Shown: positions 1 through 13,678 of the stretch, piece by piece
Layout: the number at the start of each line of letters is the position of its first letter
Numbering within the stretch: position 1 is the stretch's first letter
Assembly: GCF_031769215.1 (NCBI RefSeq)
Contig: NW_026782874.1
Location: forward strand, 496,001-560,000
DNA length: 64,000 bases
From: Ylistrum balloti
Taxonomy: Eukaryota
Direction of reading: 5' to 3'
Program-made: the position numbers and the translations under genes
Notes under the pieces: model-generated
Seen by the model: only the letters and a program-made list of their open reading frames with translations
What the model was told of the DNA's origin: nothing
Databases searched by the model: none

Positions 1-711
1 TAAAATTTGTTATATAAAATAATGTTCTGACTTCTTTTATATAACTAAGAATAAGCAATGATTTCATTGTGAGTACACTTATCAAGGTTCATAATATAAA
101 CTCTAGGAAAAAACATGCAAAGAAATCAAAGATTTTACAATTCCATTACTATAACAGGACATTTATAAACAACTGATTATAATGTTTAACTGGAATAAGG
201 ATGGGTAAAAAACATCACAGACAAAATTAAGAACACAACACAAAAATAATACTAACAGAAATATCTGTAACAGTATACAGATGTATTTTCTCTCATATGA
301 TTGAAATATTGCAGTGTATATGATACTTTTATGAAAATCATTACATCTTTTAAAGGAAAATATTTGGCAAAAGAATGGAAGAATCAATAGTATATTCCTT
401 GACATGATAAAGCAATGACTTTGACAATAGGACTGCACTATATTGAAATGGCCAGTGCAAGTAGCATCAATTCTGAACTGACATAAAATCAGCATTGTAT
501 ATAGCAAATAACCATTAATTCAACATTCTTTTTATCAGCCAATGGACAGAAAATCAACAATGTTTATGTATAGTGTAAAGAAAGCACCATGTATTTAGAT
601 TGGTTAATTCTTCAAACATTTTGTTCTAAAATAAGCTAAGAAACTGGACAAGGGGCCATTCGAAGCACTTACAAAAAAGCAACTAGAAACCAAGTTTATC
701 ACATGACCACA

Positions 712-1430
712 TGAGGCCAACACATTACTTCTTAATCAGAGTCAGGGGATTGGTTTACCAAACCAGAAGGCCAACACATTACTTGTTACTCAGAGTCTAA
801 GGTTGGGATAAACACAGGACACCAAGAAGCCAACACATTACTTAATACTCAGAGTCAAGGGGTGGGCTTACCACAGGACACCAAGAGGCCAACACATTAC
901 TTACTACTAAGAGACAAGGGGCCAACACATTACTTGTTACTCTGAGCCTTGGAGTGGGCTTACCATAGGACACCAAGAGGCCTACACATTAATTGTTACT
1001 CAGAGTCAAGGGGTAGGCTTTCCACAGGACACCAAGAGGCCTACACATTAATTGTTACTCAGAGTCAAGGGGTAGGCTTAGCACAGGACACCAAGAGGCC
1101 TACACATTGCTTGTTACTCAGAGTCAAGGGGTGGGCTTACCATAGGACACCATGAGGCCTACACATTACTTGTTACTCAGAGTCAAGGGGTGGGCTTACC
1201 ACAGGACACCAAGTGGCCAACACATTACTTCTTAATCAGAGTCAGGGGGTTGGTTTACCACAGGACACCAGAAGGCCAACACATTACTTACTACTCAGAG
1301 TGAGGGGGTGGGCTTACCACAGGACACCAACAGGCCTACACATTACTTACTACTCAAGAGTCAAGGGGTGGGCTTACCACAGGACACCAGGAGGCCAACA
1401 CTTTACTTGTTACTCGGAGTCTGGAAGTGA
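712..1430. repeat. 60-bp minisatellite, about 12 copies
   Basis: Unit ~GGCCAACACATTACTTGTTACTCAGAGTCAAGGGGTGGGCTTACCACAGGACACCAAGA repeats every 60 nt (e.g. GGACACC at 1027 and 1087). It accounts for ORFs 949..1155 and 1213..1455. Confidence 0.95.
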
Positions 1431-2116
1431 GCTTATAACAGAACACCATCTCTGATTTGCAGTCAGTCTTGGCTTATCATAGCACACTGAAATAGTACTA
1501 ACTTATTACCTGACATGGGAATGTTGTCAGATTAACAAGGTATGTTATCAATGAATACAAATCATTTAATTACGTAACCCGCCTGTTAATATTGCTTTTA
1601 TATGTCACTATTGTAATACACCTAGGAGTTTTTATCATTATCATAACTAAAAATGGAACAACAAAATGATCACTTTTGTTTATCTTCATCTTCCAAATTG
1701 AATTTAAACTAGTCAAAATGTAACTTTTCAGAGTTATGTGATAGAAAGTATCTAAAAATTTGATTTGATTTCATAAGAAATTTTAAAAATCAGCTCAAAG
1801 TTTAAATTCTTGCTAGCCAAGGCCCAAAGAAATAAAAAATTCCAAGACTTAATTCACAAAATCTCATGCAAAAATGGAAACTCATTCAAGATCCTATATA
1901 TTTTACCTTAGCAAAACATGTGATAAGATTCACATATTGTAAACATACTTAATTTGGTGCACCACACCACAGAGAAACTGCAATTATCTCAATCATATCT
2001 CAGCTTAATACTTCCTGAGCTAAAATAAGATCAAATTTTTACTGTATATATATCAAATATATAATTAAATCAGTATATAAATAAGTGTTCATTCATATCC
2101 TCACATGATCATCACC

Positions 2117-5100
2117 TCACACAATACCAAGCTCTAACACTGGTTCGGTTCGTTCAAATTTGAACAGATCCAAGTCAATAAACTTATACTCATCATAAAG
2201 GATAAGCTCCATCAAAGCATGCCCAATACACAGTGCATGCTGTACCCCATGTCCACTCATGCCATTGGCAAAGTAAAAGTTTCTGTGAATAGGATGAGGA
2301 CCTATCACCAAGTTCTGATCAAAGGTGTTATGGTCATAGTATCCAGCCCATGCACTCTTAACCTGAAAACAAAATCAAGCATTAAAAGATACCCATGTTT
2401 CTGTTAACATGCCAGTCAAAAACTGGGAGGTTATCAGGAAATATTTCTATTTTATAGTTTATACTAAAGTTATGCAGGAATCTTTGATTTCAGTTGTCTT
2501 TGAAATGGTAGGAATATCTATCTAAGTTACCTTCAACTTTTCAAAGGAAGGCACCCTGTGAGCCAAAGGTGGCCACACCTCCTCTTCAAAAAAGTTATAG
2601 TCCACTTCTAAATTACTCGCATCAGGTTCTTTATCCTTGAAACCAAAGGAAAAATGTAGGTAAATCATCAGTATTTCAGCTATGTTGTGTTGGTAATCTA
2701 CATATACTGAAAACGTACATATCTTAGCAATATTATTTCAGAGCTAGAGTTCTAGAGATACAGTGCTGTAATATGATCGAGATGACTGAAATTTCATAAG
2801 GTTGAGAATCAGATGGCAATTATTGTGAATGCAGAAATGCATCATTGCGTTACTTGTTCAAAATGTATATTCTGTTAAAATTACGCTGCTAAAGAGAAGA
2901 TCTCTCTAGCCAAGTGGTTTATTGAGTGTAGTATTTACCAGGGATACCTAAGTATGTTTTCAGTATGCTTATTTCAGCATGTACAGAGAAATTGCCACCC
3001 ATGACATGATTCTGACATACTGGCCATTGTTCTGCTTAGAACTCCCTGTGTTTTACTCTAGCATCAGCAAATTTTCTTAAAGGGATATTTTGATGTAAAA
3101 ATTTGACAAACCTCATATGGACTTCCTCCAAGAAGAAAATGGCCTCCTAGTCCTTCTGGACGAAAATACATTCCTGATGTATCTACTACCAAGGGGCATT
3201 CAAGTCCTGGACCTTCTGGACAATGAGTTACATACACAAACCTCTTCCTGTCGAAAAAAATTATCACTCAGTCCAAAATAATAATGGTTATTTAAGGACT
3301 TTGATTCATTACTAGACATTTAGTTTGATATGGTTATGTAGTACCTTCTCTCCACAGGATACAAGATTAGTACACAAGAGACATCTACATACATGAATCA
3401 TTACATATTTTCTACTGATTTAGCACCCCTCAAAAACTTTTCTAGTGAAAGACTTATGTGGTCAAAAGTATAACTTAAAAAGTGTATAGTGAGCTATTTT
3501 GTCACTAGAGATTAAATTTAATGTTGCCAATCTCTCCTCAAGATATATACAAGACATTAATCAACAAGACATATGTAGAGTTTCTACACACTGAAGTATC
3601 TCATTAACACCCTTTGTGGCAACTGACCGTGGCTCCACAGGTAGGCCAACGGATAAAGGTCCAGTCCCTGTTCCTATGCCTGCCAGTTTGGCAACTTCTC
3701 CAGCCCAGGCACCAGCACAATTGATACACATTGCAAATTCCATGCTATCTGATGTTCCATCTGACCGTTTTATCTGGAAAATACGGCTAGTTCTGAATAC
3801 TGGATTTAAAGTAATTCTGTACAAATCTAAGTGCCTTACTTTTTGAGGTAGAATTACCAGGTACCAACATGGTAAAATTTAAGGTGTCTGCCTAAAGTCC
3901 AGCAGTGTATGGCCATATTTCCCTTCAATTATTTAATTTCACTGAACTACAAGAGGTCTGTAAAGTAAAAGAAATTACAGTTTTGTCTGTCAGTCATTTA
4001 GTTGTTCTGATCAGTAAAAAAATCACATGTCTTAAGGGGAACTAACAGAAAGGAATGTATTTCTCAAGAAATGTCAATAACAGACTTTCATTGTCAAAAT
4101 CCAAGATAGCCATCTGTCAGTTATTCTGCTTTTTCGATCTGTCCCAAAAAACCAAAAAGGAGCCAGCACAAAGCAAGGGAAAGCTTCAATAAAAATCTGA
4201 GACAGATCTATCTGGTGCTTCTTAACTAGTAGCAATAACAAGAATTGTTTACAAACAGATGACAGATGCAGGGTAATTTTAATAGCCAATCATCATCAAA
4301 TGGTGGGCTGATGACGGGCAGAAAATCAATAATTTTTATACAGTATGACTATTTAGTCAGAACAATTGTTTAAATCTATAAAATTAGTTTATCCTGCAAT
4401 TAACCCAGGGACCAACACTTAACTTTTGGCTTAAAGTAAGGGAGCTGAGCATAATCAATGACAACGATTTGCTAATATTTCTACTGAAACTCACCACCAG
4501 TAATACAATAAAACAAGTTTTAGATAATGAAGTCATGATGCAAGCAAACACTACAGTGACTACATTTTGATTTATTTTTTTGTCTTGACATTTGTGATGC
4601 TGATATCATGCCAACAAAGAGAAATCAGAATTATTTTTCATGACTGATCTGATGATGGTTGTGGCAGTCATCTTTCATTTCTGACGAGCATGAAATCAGA
4701 AACATTTGTCCAGTGCCCTATATTGATTATTGACACATAGCTTTACCAAAATCATTCAAATAGTATCTTATTTAGTCACATATATAAATAGTTCAAAATA
4801 ACAGGTTCTGATCACACAAAGGAAATTTTCACAAATTGGCAGAGAAAAACTTATGGACGTCACATGACATATGGAACCCTATAACAATAGCTCGTATGTG
4901 CCTTTAGGCTCAGGTGAGCTGAAATACTTTAACTTCAACATTTACTTTTGTCAGTGATATTGAATATCACACTGTCACATGTTAGTGGAGGAAAGCATCA
5001 GTATCTACCTAATTATTTACAAAATGTTTTCGTTGCTAACTTCTCAATAACATTTTCAGCCAATATGATGATCTACAAATCACTCATTGACATGGCAGAT

Positions 5101-8100
5101 AATAGATAAATTCCCTGTTCTCCATTTAATAGCAATCAAACAGGGATAACATTGATTGCAAACCTAATTTTTGAGTGATTCATCATTTCACAAATATTGA
5201 TTCAGATACATAACTTTTAAAGATATGTTGTTTTGAAAACCTTTCAAAAAAAAAAAAAAATGCTTTTGATAAACTCCTTTGCAGTATCAGTTTTGTACAT
5301 AATGTGAGAGCAAATTTACCTGAAGGCCTGACAGTCTTCCCATATCAATGTCATTTTGCCTATCACTCAGGAAAAAACCTTCCACTTCAGCATTCACATA
5401 GTTCACACCTAAACTAATGTTCTTCTTTTTCAATGCAGAGAGAAGTAACCAAGGATCAAACCAACCCTCACCTTGAATACCTTGAACAGAAAACCAGTTA
5501 AATAACATTATTTACCCAGTGTCAGTATGTAGCCAATAATAATAATAAATTTATTCAGGATAAATAAGTACAGATTTGTATACAAAACATATGAACATAT
5601 GGCACATATAACATGTTATACATAATCAGGAATAAGTTGTTAGCTATATCTTTAATGTATCAGATAGTTATAATTATTAATAAAGACAAAAGTACATATA
5701 TACTAGGATTTCCCAAAAAAGTGTTAAAACGCTTATTTCCATTGGGGTCCTTTAATCCTTAATATGTTTATGCAGAATGACTCTTCCAACCAGGTTAGTT
5801 TAAAAGCTTAAACTTACAAAACTTTGGATAAAACAGAAGTTACCTGATGTTAGTATAAGATTTTGTCCATGAACAGTCACTCATATAGAAGGAGCTTCTC
5901 ACCCCAAAGGAAATCTCACATGCTACTTTGTACCAGAATTTTCTGTCTTATCCAATCTGTTTGATACCTTTACATGATATTTAGCACCTTATGACATCAT
6001 AGTTAAAGCGATGTTATATTCAATTGTCCTCCTTTGATATATAACTGAAAAGGGAGGTAATTTAATCAAAAGAAAGACTTTGGAAATTAAACTAGTCAGA
6101 TTTATGAAATTATGACAAAAAGATTCTGCTTTCCCATATATGTTCCAGATCTATTTATCTCAGTCTCAGGATAACATTATGTAACATCTCATTCTTGACT
6201 TTACTTTGAATGAGATTTTGTTACAGAATGTTAGCAGTCATCCAAGATAAATTGATAAAAATGATGTACAGGTAACAGATTCTATTAATCTATAGACTTC
6301 CTGGCTAGAATAGTACAAATATTTCAATACCTGACAAATTGATTACTTATGTAATGAAGTGGTATGTTGTAAAATAAAACTGGAAAATATAACTATCATT
6401 AATCAGCATCTTACCCTGTGATGCACATTCAATGCCATCCAAGTTCAGCCAAGGGTATTTTTGAGCAAGGCGACTTTTAGTGAGCAGTTCTATATTGGCC
6501 CCAAGTTCTCTGTAATATAATGTATAACAATCAGCTATCTTTCAGTTTTGAAAAATTAGTTGAAACATAGACAGTTAATGTCAGCTGGGTGTTTGGATAG
6601 AAAATAACCTAAATATAGGACCCATCTGTAACCAGCCTTAAGTACACTGCTTACAGCATGTGCAAGATAACCATGCCTAATTTAATATGAAATTACACTA
6701 TTATTATGTATAAGTATAAAAACTCCAGAGTTATTCCCCCCAAATGCTTGTCTTAATGTAAAAGTTGAATTTCACAAAATATAAGTCACATGGCCTCTCA
6801 AAGAGAGAAGTCACATTAAAGTTAAAGGAAAGCTACAATGTGCAAAATATAGATATCAAACAAACATATGTAACATGATATTTAGAGACTATTAATTGAC
6901 CATTTTGATATCACACTCCCCCAGCCAGAGAGTCGTGATATCAGCAAGAGGGCCTAATGCCCATGGGCTGATATCAGTACTCAAGGGCTGATTGAGGAAA
7001 TTTGAGATTTATCGCACATACAAAAACGGAGTAAACATATGATAAAATGCTATATGATTGCTAACCTCTGCATTGCGACACCCTTACTAAGGGTCTCAGC
7101 ACTCTGTTCTGAGGCCAGGAAGAGGTATCCTTGGTGATGGAATTGAACATCAGGAGATTCCTGACCTATAAATAGAAGAATTTACAACTCATCAATCATA
7201 GGGTATTAACAAGTTTGAAGTGAAGACCTATCTGTATTACTAGCCAGGTACATTTAGTGTGTATTGTAGAACAAAAATTAATAAAACTTAATCATTTACC
7301 ATTTTCATTGTTTCTGATGACCAATTCAATTACTTGAAGTGTAACATTTTATAAAATTTAACCAATTCTTGCCTTAAATTCAAGTGAAAATCATAGTACT
7401 TCAAAGTTAATTATTATAATCTTTGTATCTACAAGGAACATAATGGCCTTTTATCAAATGCTACAATCTTTTTTCTCTCTATTTTTGAGCCAAAGCCATA
7501 TATCATCATAAGGATGAGTTTTTGATAAGAAAGTACAAATAGTAATGCATTTTATGAGAAATTTTGGCAAGTTTGAAGGACCTACCACCAGGTACAAACT
7601 GCCTTTTCATCACCCATATATAAGCTCACAAGCTCTGCAGTAATATTACTATCAGAATCACTATTATATTGCATTCACTTCTTAGTAGATAAAACAAATA
7701 AGGTTAACATGTATTACAAATGTACAGCTGGGTTTTTACCTTTGACTTTCATATGTCATCATGAACTACAGTGTAAAAAATCACATAGAACATAGAATTG
7801 CTTGTCAAACCTTACTGATCCAAACATTTTACCAAAAATTTGAATGTTTATTTAGAATTAAGATAAAAAGTTTCCCAATTCTTACCAACTAATCTTGAAA
7901 ATCTAGGAAATATGTTGTTGAATGTGTGTCACATCAATTCAGACTTCAAATCTATTGATCAATTTCTATGATATATCTAAAATGAAACATCTACAATTCT
8001 ATCCACATACCTTGAAATTTTTTCACCAATTCTTGTACTACTCAAATTATGTATTTCATCAATTCATGTGTTCATTTCTCAGGTCAATTCTTGGGTACAT

Positions 8101-9611
8101 TTTATATGTTTCATCATTTTTGTATATACATGTATAGCACATATTTTACGAATTCTTGTGTATATTTCCCATTTCAATTATTTACACCAAAAACTGATCC
8201 AACATCTGGTTAAATCATTTCCAATTTTGTAGTAGTCCTCCACACATGGGTTCCTCAAGAATACAAAGTCCAGTTAAAAAAGAACTGGTTCTAAAGATGG
8301 CATATTTGTTGCTGAAACATGTCAGCTTTTGAAGCTTGCTGATATCTTCTAATGGATGTTGTCCACTCGTCTCTACCTTCATCTCATTTCAATTATTTAA
8401 CCAGTTTTTTGTACCTACCCTATAAGACAATACTAAATCCATTTTTGTGAAGTGTTGACTTACCTAGAATGCCTAGATGCTGGCTTATGTTCCTGATGAA
8501 ATCAGTAGTAAACATCGACATTAGGACATTCTCAGGAATGCTGAACTGGTGTCTCACACCACCAACCGACAGCATGCTTGAGGCTTGAGCATACTGCAAA
8601 TGATGCAACTGAATTGTAGTGGAATATCAGCATATCAAAGTCAACCAGAAGTACAAAATTAATACAAATGTTCTATTTAAATAGCAAAGGCCCAGTAGAG
8701 GGCCAACAGATTCCAGGCTCAAAACAAGTGGACAGGCATATTACATCAATAGAAAATATAGTTTATCAGCAGAAGGTATTTCAGGTCTAACTGCAATACA
8801 ATAGCATAAATACTGTAATACAGTTAAATTGGTCTGCTTATTACAAGATACTCTGGTTGTTGCTAATCTTCAAATCATCATAGCAGCGTCTAGTTTTGAC
8901 ATGATAAAGCATGACTAAATATCTCCTTAATGTTTATTTCATAATCTTGATACACATGTCTGTAAGTATGAGTATGTCATCAAATTAATTTGGAAGACCA
9001 TAATTTTGATGAACAAACCAAACAAAATGCCTTTTTCTGTAAGAACAGTTTTAGCCTTTTAATCTAGCAATAAATTATATATTCATACTGGCTATGTTCT
9101 TTATAATTTCCAATCCACACACCTATGAGATGGTCTCCTTTAAAGATATTGCTCAGTCATGTCATTAATTAACAGATTTGTATATTTAATAATGGTAACT
9201 TACACTAGAATCCCGTTCTATGACTGTCACGCTGAGACCTTTGCGGCTTTGTTTCCTGATCCAGAATGCTGCTGCTGAGCCGACCAGTCCCCCACCAATA
9301 ATAGCAATGTCTGATTGCTTTGGAACAAATGTGGAATCACTCTCATTACCTTTACCAATGATTATACCTTTTAAAGCATTTCCTGCACCTGTTCCATGTT
9401 CGGGATGAAGCTCAGACTCATGTGAATATTTGGGAGACTGACTTTTCCTAACGTTGCTGTCTTTTGAGGTAACTTTATTTGTTTTACTGTTGAAGACATC
9501 TTCTCCGTTGGTACACATATAACGTGATACACATGACCAGAACTGTGAGTGATATATCCTGTCCTTTCTCAGCACATTGTTGGTGACTTTCTTGAAAATT
9601 CTGGCTGACAT
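2117..9611 (-). CDS. FOXRED1: FAD-dependent oxidoreductase domain-containing protein 1 (mitochondrial complex I assembly factor), complete, 9 coding exons, 508 aa
   Basis: Exons 9611-9204, 8593-8464, 7165-7066, 6509-6415, 5480-5320, 3773-3628, 3247-3112, 2635-2531, 2362-2117. All are GT-AG, phases are consistent, total 1527 nt. Motifs: Rossmann [104 protein letters not shown]. The basic, hydroxylated N-terminus looks like a mitochondrial presequence. Confidence 0.95.
4830..4925 (-). mobile_element. 5' terminal fragment of a HINE-like (Helentron-associated) element in FOXRED1 intron 5
   Basis: Minus strand reads TTTCAGCTCACCTGAGCCTAAAGGCACATACGAGCTATTG, the same AGCTCACCTG terminal motif as the element at 39835-41555. 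Confidence 0.5.
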
Positions 9612-9779
9612 TATCTTCAATAAAAATAAAGCAAAACATTCCAAATCCAACACTTAAATGTCTTTCACTAGTTAGTCAACACTGAAATGTCTTTAAAAGT
9701 CAATCTTTCTTTTTTTTAAAAAAAAAAAAAAAAAACTAGATCTGCAAGGTAAACTGTATAAACCATTGCCTGCATACTG

Positions 9780-9882
9780 ACCCTTGCACAGGTCGCTAGT
9801 ATTTGGCGTTTTCATATACGAAGGAATTCTGACTATCGGTCCGCGACCAAGCCAAAATAAAATCGCGAATAGATAGTCAGAA
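9780..9882 (-). promoter_or_regulatory. Probable non-coding leader exon / promoter region of FOXRED1
   Basis: Donor-like GG|GTCAGTATG near 9780 and acceptor TTTTATTGAAG just upstream of the ATG at 9611. CpG becomes abundant from about 9780 upward, whereas the gene body is CpG-poor. Confidence 0.45.
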
Positions 9883-12689
9883 CCCTTTACAATAATGTCC
9901 CTCCTGTGTTTGAAAACTGACTTTAAAATGCAAACCGAAATGCAGCAACACTATATTAAATCCATTGAACACAATTTTTTATGTTCCAAAAGCAAAAGGT
10001 GAGCAGAAACTGTCACATTTTATACATACAAGAAGATGTTCAATCTTTGTTGGTAAAGAAAAGACCATTACGTGCAGATAAAATTTTTAAGCCACACTCC
10101 GTCTACTTTTTGTGTTTTGAACTAAACGAATCGGTATGTGTTATACCATTTTCATTCCATTGAACATTGTTCCTTTGCTTGGCTTGAAATTACAAGTAAA
10201 TGTCTGTAAACTATTCTGTCGGTAATTAAGGGAGTACAGTAACCTTGTAAATGGTTAAGTCTTTGCACGACAAGATCATGGTTCCTTCGTTCTTACATCT
10301 CCTTTAGGTGATATAATTCTCAAAGCAGTGACAGCACAATTATTTCACAGCTTTAGTATTTCTTCAACATTAATGAGTTGATTACCTCGGTTTTCCGTAA
10401 GACTTATCGCTAATGATGTTGACAGCTAAAACTCCCGTCCGATGCTTGTTATCGTGGAGGTGGCCATTACAAGAAGGGACGTAACTCTGTTTATGTGAAG
10501 TCAGTAAACACAGTGTGATCGAGACTCAGCACGAATAGAAATTTAATATTTTTTTCTAAGTTATCTTTTCTCAATAAGATGTTGTGTAAAAATGAAATAT
10601 AGAAATCAGTCATATTTAAATAATTATTTATATCCTAAATTTCACACTAGTTCCTGGCGCTCTTAAATTCGCAAAAGTTACCCGGTTATTGAAGAGCAGG
10701 AGAGATTTCAGACAAAAAGCTAACCTGTAAATGTTCGTAGTGTTGCGTCAAATAAAGTAGCCTACAACCAATAATAAAATTTTCGTGTCAGATTCATCCT
10801 AAACTTAAATCTTGCTTCAGGAAGTCCATACTCCATACTCCATTTGTTACGATCAATTTCGCTCTCGCATCACTGGAACAGTTTCCTAACAAAATTGAAG
10901 ACTCAAGTAATTTGATTGGTCCAATGTGTTTCCAAGGAAAGCATTTCACAGACTGATACGCTACATTCAAGATTACAAAAGACACCTAATTTCACAGCCA
11001 GTACTAAAACAACATACAAATGCGACCTCGAGATAAGTTTGATATACATCAAAGAGTCAAACTAGTCTTCTTGTGTTATCTACAAGGCGTCGCACACAGA
11101 ACCTGTATTTTTTCTCATGAAATGTTCTAGGCGTGCAGAGAACGATAGTAAGCGTAACATCTGGAGTATGGAGGGTGCAACACCTCATACTCCACTGCTT
11201 TTTTCTCCACGGGTTACCGACGGATCTAAATCCGTGGTAAGCACACAAAAATAAATGACCAAATAGAATAAATTAAATGACACAATAAATTCTACCATAT
11301 TTCATATGCAACAAATAAAAGATTATTGATGTCTAGACCTGCAACTGGTTCAAAATAACCCCAAATAAAATTATAGATTTAATCCTACCTGGAATGTGCT
11401 GTCTCTGAACTTGTCATACTGAATGTAGAAATCTTGTGAATATTTTATCGTTATGAACAAATACGGTACTACATCCAGAAATTCGAAGTTCACAATAAAA
11501 AGGCAAGGGTACCGACTATAAAACTATTCTGCTTTGTCTAATATTGAGTGTAAACTTGTAGAATTCCGAGGTATTTTTACTGATTTCTATAAGGAATAGA
11601 TATACACAGATTCTATTATCTAAACATTTACTGGATCTAATTCGACCATTTGTTTCCATCCGATTTGACCAAATATGACAAAAAGTGTCCTTGGGAGAGG
11701 GAGACTAATTTTGTACATTGTGGGACTTGTCCCCCAGGGGTCAAAATTGCTAAGTTTAATTGGTCAAAAACTAAGCAAATTCTTTATAATCTCCTTTCTT
11801 CCGAAGGAATTAAATTTAATTGATTAAATTCTTAGGTAAAGGGGGTTCAATCACATAAATTGCAAGTCTGACGCCACAGAGGAGGAGGAGCACGAAGCCC
11901 AATGTGGAAAGTATAGAGGAATAGTTTTAAAATCTGTCTTCAGTTGTGATGAAGGGATGTTGTGAAATTTTGGTCTAAAGCATCCTACGATAAATGAGAA
12001 CCGATTTTGTGTAATTGATGGATCTCGGCGCCCTGGGGTCTGCGGGATGGGGCGAAGCCAATAAGGCAAGGTACAGGAAAATCTGTTAAATTCGTTTTCC
12101 TTTGTTAGGGTCAAATAGGGAAAGGAAGAGATCCAGGTGTAAAATTTGTTTGCGGAAACCATTAGATATTCTTCTTTTTGAATTTTATGCTTTAAAGAAT
12201 AAACAAATGAAAAAAAGAAAACGAAAAAAAAAAAACAAAAAAACGGTAGTCAAAAAAAGCTCTTTGACGTCAGATAGTTTGACGTTACGTTTGACAAGTC
12301 GGAACACCTCGGCCGAGACCCATGTAGCCATCTGCAGTGATGATCATGGAATTGATCAATTCCTATATTTCACGGACTAAATGTAAAAAAAAAAAAAAAA
12401 AAAAAAATCAAATAATTTCCTACCCGTCCATAAGCTTAAAAACAAATGAATAGATTTTCAACCCGATTTAATAATAAAAATGTAGTTTGATATATAGTAG
12501 TCAATGAAGTTATAACGACAGTACGGACAAGTGAAATGTCAAATCGAGGCAATCTGCCCTTTATCAAGACACAAATATTACATAAATTACATCACATTGA
12601 GCGTATATGTGATCGCAACGATGTTCTGCTTGAACATTGATGTCATTTTATTTAGTTAAATAGGGGTAGGAAAAAAATTGTTAGCAAAC

Positions 12690-13678
12690 TGTGTGTGTGT
12701 ATTGATGATACCCTTACTTGGAACAAACAAGTCCAGGATGTCATCAAAAAGGTCAATTTCAAAATATATCAGTTATGCAGAATTAAAAAGTTCTTACCTG
12801 TTTCATCAAGAATCACCTATTTTAACTGTTTCATTCTACCTTACCTAGATAATTGTTCAAATATTTGGGGACATTGTTCTCAGACATATATTAAAAAAAA
12901 CAGAGAGATTGCAGAAAAGAGTTTTACGTATAATTATGGATGCTGACTACTCTGTATCAGGGGATGAACTATTCACCAAACTCAAATGGTTACCTTTTAG
13001 CAAAAGAGTGAACTACAATGAATGTATACTAATGTAGCTAACAAACTGTGTCCAAACTACTTGGACTGTAATGTGCTTGTGTCCAGTGTACACAGTAGAC
13101 AAACTAGGGCATCTACTGCTGGTAACTATATCATACCTAAACACAAAACTGAAAAGTTTATAAATTCCTTCCTATATACTGGACCAACTATGTGGAATCA
13201 GCTTCCAGAAAATATCAGACAATGTGGAACCTTACCAACTTTTGAATTTCATTGTAAAAAATCAATCTCCAATTTACTAACCTAGATCCACATTTTTATG
13301 CCAGTCTTATTTTTAGCCCTAAGATAATATGGTACCTTTATGAATATTGCCAATTAATTGTTTTAATTATCAGTCCTTTATTCCTTACAAAACCTCCCTA
13401 ATTTAGTCCCTTTATTATATCATTAGTCACTCTATAACCGTTTTATATATCTCTTCACTATGTGCCTTTATCATTACATTTGTTTTATTGATGTACATCT
13501 TAGTCCTTCATGATTATGCTAGTTTACTGTGATATTTGTGATTTTTATATCATATGTGATGCTGTAATCTTAATGTTGTATATATTGTACATTTTACTGT
13601 CGACCACTTGTTAGAAGAGTCTTGTACTCAAAGTGTTATCGACTCTTAAATAAAGTCATTTATTATTATTATTATTAA
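12690..13678 (+). mobile_element. 5'-truncated, decayed non-LTR retrotransposon (CR1/L2-group LINE): end of ORF2, 3' UTR and (TTA)n tail
   Basis: Frameshifted peptides IDDTLTWNKQVQDVIKKVNFKIYQLCRIKKFLP..YFNCFILPYLDNCSNIWG, KLKWLPFSKR, HSRQTRAS, SFLYTGPTMWNQLPENIRQ are typical of the post-RT region of CR1/L2-like ORF2. It ends in AATAAA followed by TTATTATTATTATTA at about 13660-13678. Confidence 0.85.

Noticed and set aside
163-507. 114-aa minus-strand ORF
   Set aside because: Low-complexity hydrophobic translation of AT-rich DNA with no motif or splice support.
4620-4700. Possible intronic C/D-box snoRNA (TGATGA ... CTGA)
   Set aside because: The boxes are only about 35 nt apart and there is no terminal stem.
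9612-9653. Upstream TTG start for FOXRED1 (MLDLECFALFLLKI)
   Set aside because: This stretch looks like an intron acceptor region. The ATG at 9611 begins a presequence-like peptide.
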